Both the position numbers and the translations under genes were made by a program. The notes beneath the pieces were generated by a model. The model saw only the letters and a list, made by a program, of their open reading frames with translations. It was not told the DNA's origin and did no database searches. This document shows positions 59,548-64,000 of a DNA stretch of 64,000 nucleotides, piece after piece. The DNA comes from Minisyncoccota bacterium (GTDB lineage: Bacteria > Patescibacteriota > Minisyncoccia > Minisyncoccales > RBG-13-42-11), in the NCBI GenBank assembly GCA_016782605.1, contig JADHYE010000001.1:78473-142472 (forward strand), read 5' to 3'. Within the stretch, counting starts at the first letter, position 1. Each line of letters begins with the position of its first letter.

Positions 59548-60433
59548 AATATTTATTGCCCTCTTGTTGGATGAAGCCTTTCAATTGCATTAAAGATAAA
59601 GTTGTGCCAATCTTCGCGGCCGGCAATCCGAAAATCCTGGCTAAAGCATCTGTTTCCATCGGTTCTCTTTGCAGCTGTTCTAAAATTTTCCCCTCAATAC
59701 TCCCATTAAGAAACTTAGTTCCTTTTTTGGAAACTAAGTTTCCAAGTTTTTGGGAAACACCGTAAAATTTCAATATCTCTCCTGCGTCCGTCGCTACCTC
59801 AGCTCCTTCTTTTAAGAGCTGCGAAGTTCCTTTTGACACTTCGCTTGTGATGGGACCCGGCACGGCGAATATTTTCCTTCCGAATTTTTTGGCAAATTCT
59901 GCCGTAATCAATGTTCCGCTGTTTAATCCAGCTTCTACAATCAAAACCGCTTTTGAAAGACCAGCCACTATCCTGTTTCTTTTGGAATAAGTCCAATTGG
60001 CTGGCGGAAATTTTCCCTCAAACTCGGAAATAATCAATCCTTTATTTTCCAGAATTTTATTATAAAGTTCTTCTTGATATTCAGGATGTATCATATTTAT
60101 TCCGCAAGGCATTACAGCTATTGTTCTGCCCCCCACTTCTACCGTGGCCTTATGAGCGGCCTCATCCCCACCATACATAAATCCGGAAACTATAGTTACG
60201 CCAGCTGCCGCAATTTCTGTTACTAATTGCTCTGTTATTTTCCTTCCGTAACTGGTCAAACGCCTTGAACCGACTACCGCCAAACAATTATCAAAAATAT
60301 CGTCTTTACCCTGAGCCGTACCAAAGGGCCAATCGCCCTTATAATAAAGTTTTTCCGGTGCCTCTTTGCCAATTTTCTTTAACAACTCCGGATATCTTTT
60401 ATCTTGTATATTTATTGTATTTCCCTCCTCCAT
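59537..60433 (-). CDS. dprA: DNA processing protein DprA
   Basis: VVGSRRLTSYG...SGFMYGGDEAAHK...GTLITAEFA. The start is taken at the ATG at 60433 (MEEGNT). The track's TTG start at 60457 lies inside the REP palindrome. Confidence 0.9.
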   Translation of the reverse strand: MEEGNTINIQDKRYPELLKKIGKEAPEKLYYKGDWPFGTAQGKDDIFDNCLAVVGSRRLTSYGRKITEQLVTEIAAAGVTIVSGFMYGGDEAAHKATVEVGGRTIAVMPCGINMIHPEYQEELYNKILENKGLIISEFEGKFPPANWTYSKRNRIVAGLSKAVLIVEAGLNSGTLITAEFAKKFGRKIFAVPGPITSEVSKGTSQLLKEGAEVATDAGEILKFYGVSQKLGNLVSKKGTKFLNGSIEGKILEQLQREPMETDALARIFGLPAAKIGTTLSLMQLKGFIQQEGNKYYVS

Positions 60434-60438
60434 AGATT

Positions 60439-60459
60439 TGTTGAGGACTCTCCTCAACA
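60439..60459. repeat. REP-like palindrome
   Basis: TGTTGAGGA-CTC-TCCTCAACA has 9-bp arms. Lies in the comFC-dprA spacer. Confidence 0.75.
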
Positions 60460-60464
60460 GTCAA

Positions 60465-61121
60465 TTAAACGGTGCGGGCGAGAGTAAAACCCCAAACTTT
60501 TTTCACTCCCGACCTTTTTAATACCCTGCAACATTCTTGCATCGTCGCTCCGCTTGTCCAAACATCGTCTACTAAAAGGACATCTTTTGTTAAGGATTTG
60601 TTTAGGCCTGGCCTAAACAAAGCAAAGCTATCCTTGACGTTTATTATTCTCTCTTTTTTGCTCAATTTAGTTTGAGATGGCGTATCTTTTATTTTTTCAA
60701 CCAAGGATAATACTTCTCTGCCGGTTATTTCACCCACCTTTTTAGCAATCAACTCCGCCTGATTAAATCCTCTTCGTTTTTCTTTTTTCTTGAACATCGG
60801 CACAAAAGTTATTGTCGTGTCTTCCGGAATATACGGTTCTCTTATCTCAAAAGCCTTTGCAACAAGTTCATTTATCGCATCAAACATACTTTCGTATTTA
60901 ATTTTAAAAATAATATTTTTAATTAATCCTTCGTACTCCCACGCACTAACAACTTCTTCTAACCCGCCTGCCATAAAAACATTTGGGGCTTCGGAAAGAA
61001 ATAAACCGCATTTTTCACAGATATATTTTCCCTCTTTTCCGCACGCCACACACGTTCTGGGCAATAAAATATCTATTATATTTTCTTTTATATTTTCTAA
61101 TATTCTAGAAATTTCCCGCAT
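60465..61121 (-). CDS. comFC: ComF family (ComFC-like) phosphoribosyltransferase-domain protein
   Basis: N-terminal CxxC...CxxC and a C-terminal PRT motif VLLVDDVWTSGAT. Confidence 0.85.
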   Translation of the reverse strand: MREISRILENIKENIIDILLPRTCVACGKEGKYICEKCGLFLSEAPNVFMAGGLEEVVSAWEYEGLIKNIIFKIKYESMFDAINELVAKAFEIREPYIPEDTTITFVPMFKKKEKRRGFNQAELIAKKVGEITGREVLSLVEKIKDTPSQTKLSKKERIINVKDSFALFRPGLNKSLTKDVLLVDDVWTSGATMQECCRVLKRSGVKKVWGFTLARTV

Positions 61122-61126
61122 GTGTT

Positions 61127-61149
61127 TTGTTGAGGATTCGCCTAAACAG
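61127..61149. repeat. REP-like sequence flanking the transposase at its 3' side
   Basis: TTGTTGAGGATTCGCCTAAACAG. It is an inverted copy (19 of 23) of 61876-61898. Confidence 0.75.
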
Positions 61150-61152
61150 ATT

Positions 61153-61866
61153 TCAATCTTCTAGTGTTAATTTTCCTAATTTATTGCTTAGTTCTATTCT
61201 GGTAAGGCATTGTTCGGAAAATTCTTTATACTCCTCTGGTCCTGAGAATAATTCCCCTAAAATATCTTTATCAATTATCGGTGAATTTCTTTCTCCCGCA
61301 TAATCCCCTAAGCTACTATAAGGATATTTAATGGCCCACTCATACGCCTTATCAAAGTTTCTAATCGCTTCGTTCAAACCACCGGGATAAAGTTCAAATA
61401 CATTTTTTACTTGAATATAAACACTTAAATATTTAAAATATATTTCTTCGTTAATTAATTTTGATTTATATGGTCCTTGAAATAATCTTCCCGTTTCCTG
61501 ATATTTTTCATTAAAATAAGTTGCCATTCCCGTACCTAATCTCCTCATAAATTTTGTAATGCCACCTTCCCGTATTTCTTTTAAGAATAAATGAAAATGA
61601 TTTTCCAAAAGAGAGAATGCCATAATTTTTACAAGCGGTTTTCGTTCTGGCCAAGTTAATGGCCTAATAAATGGTTTGTTTGGGCCAGTCTTAAACAATT
61701 TCTGGACGTCACGGAATGGATTCATTAAAGTAAATTCATCGTTAAAATAATACAGCATTTCAAGAAAATGCCATTTATCCTTAGAATCACAAACTATCGG
61801 CTGCTTTCTATTACCCCTGTTGTAAATGTGCGCGAATGAATCTATTGTAATTTTCTCTTTTCTCAT
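61153..61866 (-). CDS. Y1/HUH transposase of the IS200-like / REP-associated tyrosine transposase (RAYT) type
   Basis: 237 aa with AHIYNRGNRK, HUH motif NHFHLFL, GRLFQGPYKS, and Tyr motif YLSVYIQVKNV. Flanked by inverted REP-like sequences. Confidence 0.75.
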   Translation of the reverse strand: MRKEKITIDSFAHIYNRGNRKQPIVCDSKDKWHFLEMLYYFNDEFTLMNPFRDVQKLFKTGPNKPFIRPLTWPERKPLVKIMAFSLLENHFHLFLKEIREGGITKFMRRLGTGMATYFNEKYQETGRLFQGPYKSKLINEEIYFKYLSVYIQVKNVFELYPGGLNEAIRNFDKAYEWAIKYPYSSLGDYAGERNSPIIDKDILGELFSGPEEYKEFSEQCLTRIELSNKLGKLTLED

Positions 61867-61876
61867 TTTTTTGGTT

Positions 61877-61898
61877 TGTTTAGGCGAATCCTAAGCAG
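61877..61898. repeat. REP-like sequence flanking the transposase at its 5' side
   Basis: TGTTTAGGCGAATCCTAAGCAG. Confidence 0.75.
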
Positions 61899-61923
61899 AC
61901 ACCTATTTCGCTATTTCGACCAC

Positions 61924-62190
61924 CTACGACACGCCTTCGTCGTCTAACAATTTTTTCGCTTTGTCCGCAATCACTTCTTTGATTTTACCCCATTCAATAT
62001 CCTGTATCATCATTGGCGCTGGATCGCTTTCGGCATCGTCAAAATAGCTAAAACTTTTTAAAATATGAAGTTTATTGTATTCAGCGGTGCCGCCAGCCAA
62101 ATAGAAATCTTTGGCAAAAGAACTGTCCCCTATTTTTTCCAAAATATATCTTGTTTTTTTATCAATTGATTCTGAATGCATTTTAATCAC
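61924..62190 (-). pseudogene. Internally deleted AbiEii/nucleotidyltransferase-toxin-like remnant (88 aa)
   Basis: The N-terminal FYLAGGTA motif is joined directly to a C-terminal-type ...SYFDDAESDPAPMM...W..IKEVI segment. The catalytic core is apparently missing. The family pattern is recalled from memory. Confidence 0.4.
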
Positions 62191-62210
62191 TTAAGATTAA
62201 AATATTGACG

Positions 62211-62414
62211 CTAAAAAGACGTTGATTTTTTACCAAGCACTTTGCTTTTAAGAAAATACTCTTTTATTTTTTCTTTGCCATAAAAATCAACCGCCCAATT
62301 AAAATCATCTTCTTCGCCAAAGGCCAAAATTCTTTCAATAAAAAATCGAACGTGTTTCCGCGGGTCGAGATCTTTAACATCCCAAAAAAGAGAAGTTTTT
62401 TGAAGTGTTTCCAT
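62211..62414 (-). CDS. Small protein resembling the partner domain often found next to AbiEii-type genes
   Basis: 67 aa with SLFWDVKDLDPRKHVRFFIERILAFGEEDDFNW. The family name is uncertain. Confidence 0.4.
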   Translation of the reverse strand: METLQKTSLFWDVKDLDPRKHVRFFIERILAFGEEDDFNWAVDFYGKEKIKEYFLKSKVLGKKSTSF

Positions 62415-62457
62415 AAATTTATTTTACCATAAAATTACAGTATTTTCCACTAACTAA

Positions 62458-62482
62458 GATGGAGAGGTAAATCCTCTCCATC
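62458..62482. other. Perfect 10-bp stem hairpin
   Basis: GATGGAGAGG-TAAAT-CCTCTCCATC. Confidence 0.7.
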
Positions 62483-62491
62483 TGCGCCTCC

Positions 62492-62513
62492 TGTGTAGGC
62501 GAATCCTCAACAA
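62492..62513. repeat. REP-like sequence (contains GTAG)
   Basis: TGTGTAGGCGAATCCTCAACAA, in the same orientation as 61877-61898. Confidence 0.75.
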
Positions 62514-62688
62514 AGCATTGTTATGGATAAAAAATTAAAATGCTTATAATGGTCTATTTTTATAAAAAAATTCTCGCTTTTATTTACAAATATCTTTTTG
62601 GTGGCTAATACTAAAGAAAACAACTGTATCGTCTCGAAAATAAAATATTATGGAATTCAATTCGCAAATTAGCACTATTCAAAAAGAT

Positions 62689-64000
62689 TTATTCTGGAGG
62701 TTTTGTATAATTTTTTTCTATATCTTTTAAGATTGTATCAATATAAGTTTTTTCTAGTTCTGAATAATCTAAAATATTTTCTCTTTGTTCTTTGGCTTTA
62801 TCCATCTCCCCCAATTGAAGATAAATACCTAATAACATACGATTAGCATTCAAATCCTGCGGGTTATCTTTTAAAACTTCTTGAATATCAAACAAAACTT
62901 TTGTCAGATTATTTTTTATCAGCTCTTGAAGAGCATAAGCTACAGCATAATAATCTTCCTTATTCTGATAAAAATTCAGCGCTCCCATAAGGACTGTTTG
63001 TCCTCCAACCAATTCAGATTCTCTTCTTTTTATATCGTCTATCTTTTCTCGAGACAATTCTTCTTCTCCCGCCATTTTGTAAGCCATTGCCAAATACCAA
63101 TGAAACTCCCTCAAACGTGGGTCTAAATCTATGACTTTTTGCAGTAATTCAAATTGTTCTTTGTATTTCCCTTGTGAAAACATGATATCTGATAGTCTCC
63201 AGTGCCCTCTTTGGTTTCTGGGCGACAATGCGATGGCTTTTCTTAAAGTAGACTCAGCTAAAACAAGTTTTTCTTTATCCCCAGTGAGTTGAAAAGAATT
63301 ATTATAAATACTCGCCAATTGAAGATGAAGATAAAAATCTAAAGGATTTTCTTTGATATTTTTTTCAAATTCTTCCTCCGCAATATTAAGCTCATTTTTT
63401 ATAGCTTCTCTATCCATAGAACAAGAATCAAAAAGGGATTGAGTAATTTTATTATAGAAATACTTGTTTCCATCTAATCGGCTCATTGGATGAATTTTAA
63501 AAGATTTCTGGAAAAGAGGAATTGATTCTCCTAAGGATTCGTTCATCGCTCGGGTAATGTAAAAAGAAGCCCTAGCTGGTTGGATATTGCCAAAATAAAT
63601 TATTAAAATGACAAACATTATTAATGTAACGCCAAGCCAGGGAGAAATAGATTTTTTTGTCGTTTCTTTTCTATCGAACTCTTCTGATTTTTTCTGCTCT
63701 AAAATATAACCAACGAATGCCAATATTAAGAAAAACATCATATAGCTATTAATCGTATCCAGTAGCAATAAATTCTGTATAAAATAAACCACCAAAAGAA
63801 CGGTTACGCCCATAAGAAACACGGCTTCTTTTTTATCTAAAGCTTCTCTACAGGTTTTTAAAAGAATAAAAATACTTGCAACAAAAATTGCCAAATAACT
63901 CAAAACTCCGAATAAGCCAGAGGCAATTCCGATATCAAAAATAATGTTATGAGCCCTGTCAAAAATAAGCTCTCCCCCTTGTTGAACTATAACCAATTTA
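62689..64000 (-). CDS. O-antigen-ligase/TPR protein, C-terminal part (5' end beyond the window)
   Basis: The frame is still open at position 64000. TM helices are followed by TPR repeats. Paralogue-like to 55380-57581. Confidence 0.65.
   Translation of the reverse strand, partial: KLVIVQQGGELIFDRAHNIIFDIGIASGLFGVLSYLAIFVASIFILLKTCREALDKKEAVFLMGVTVLLVVYFIQNLLLLDTINSYMMFFLILAFVGYILEQKKSEEFDRKETTKKSISPWLGVTLIMFVILIIYFGNIQPARASFYITRAMNESLGESIPLFQKSFKIHPMSRLDGNKYFYNKITQSLFDSCSMDREAIKNELNIAEEEFEKNIKENPLDFYLHLQLASIYNNSFQLTGDKEKLVLAESTLRKAIALSPRNQRGHWRLSDIMFSQGKYKEQFELLQKVIDLDPRLREFHWYLAMAYKMAGEEELSREKIDDIKRRESELVGGQTVLMGALNFYQNKEDYYAVAYALQELIKNNLTKVLFDIQEVLKDNPQDLNANRMLLGIYLQLGEMDKAKEQRENILDYSELEKTYIDTILKDIEKNYTKPPE

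Overview
Housekeeping-dense segment of a small, AT-rich bacterial genome. GC content was judged by eye, not computed. Several traits resemble Patescibacteria/CPR, but that placement is inference: Lys-rich extensions on L22, L23 and sigma-70, short RpoB/RpoC, UvrC without an HhH tail, and no L9 gene after S18.

Gene layout:
- 1-12.2 kb (minus strand): contiguous str-S10-spc ribosomal cluster, rpsL-rpsG-fusA-tuf-rpsJ-rplC-rplD-rplW-rplB-rpsS-rplV-rpsC-rplP-rpmC-rpsQ-rplN-rplX-rplE-rpsZ-rpsH-rplF.
- 12.2-33.7 kb (mostly minus): M50 protease, a plus-strand rpmB-tRNA-Pro unit, a 450-bp RNA-rich gap, a long adenylate-kinase homologue, a ComEC-type MBL protein, nrdD-nrdG with ferredoxin/YjbQ/ferritin-like genes, tRNA-Asn, dnaG-rpoD, Nudix/MazG/ACT, tRNA-Ser, htpX-lemA, groES-groEL with CIRCE, and uvrA.
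- 33.8-45.1 kb (plus): capA, uvrC, secG, a peptide-type SBP, cupin PGI, galU, tRNA-Leu, rnj, trpS, ychF, rpsF-ssb-rpsR.
- 45.1-64 kb (minus): recA, ftsK, rpoB-rpoC, O-antigen-ligase/TPR proteins, comFC-dprA-comM-yraN, a Y1/HUH (RAYT-like) transposase, and a decayed AbiE-like pair.

I found no rRNA, CRISPR array, cas gene or recognisable defence operon.

The most interesting signals are non-genic:
1. A three-copy MITE-like family with 20-nt terminal inverted repeats and 4-bp target-site duplications. Two copies sit exactly on the start codons of rpsZ and rpsS inside the ribosomal operon. Both keep an open relay reading frame that ends 10 nt before the real start.
2. A REP/RAYT arrangement: GTTGAGG/CCTCAAC palindromes flank the transposase, are scattered through 57.6-62.5 kb, and occur once in frame inside uvrA.
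3. A ~130-nt rod-like RNA bracketed by a consensus promoter (TTGACA-N18-TATAAT) and an intrinsic terminator. It converges on a second structured RNA that follows tRNA-Pro.

I could not assign either RNA to a known family by eye.
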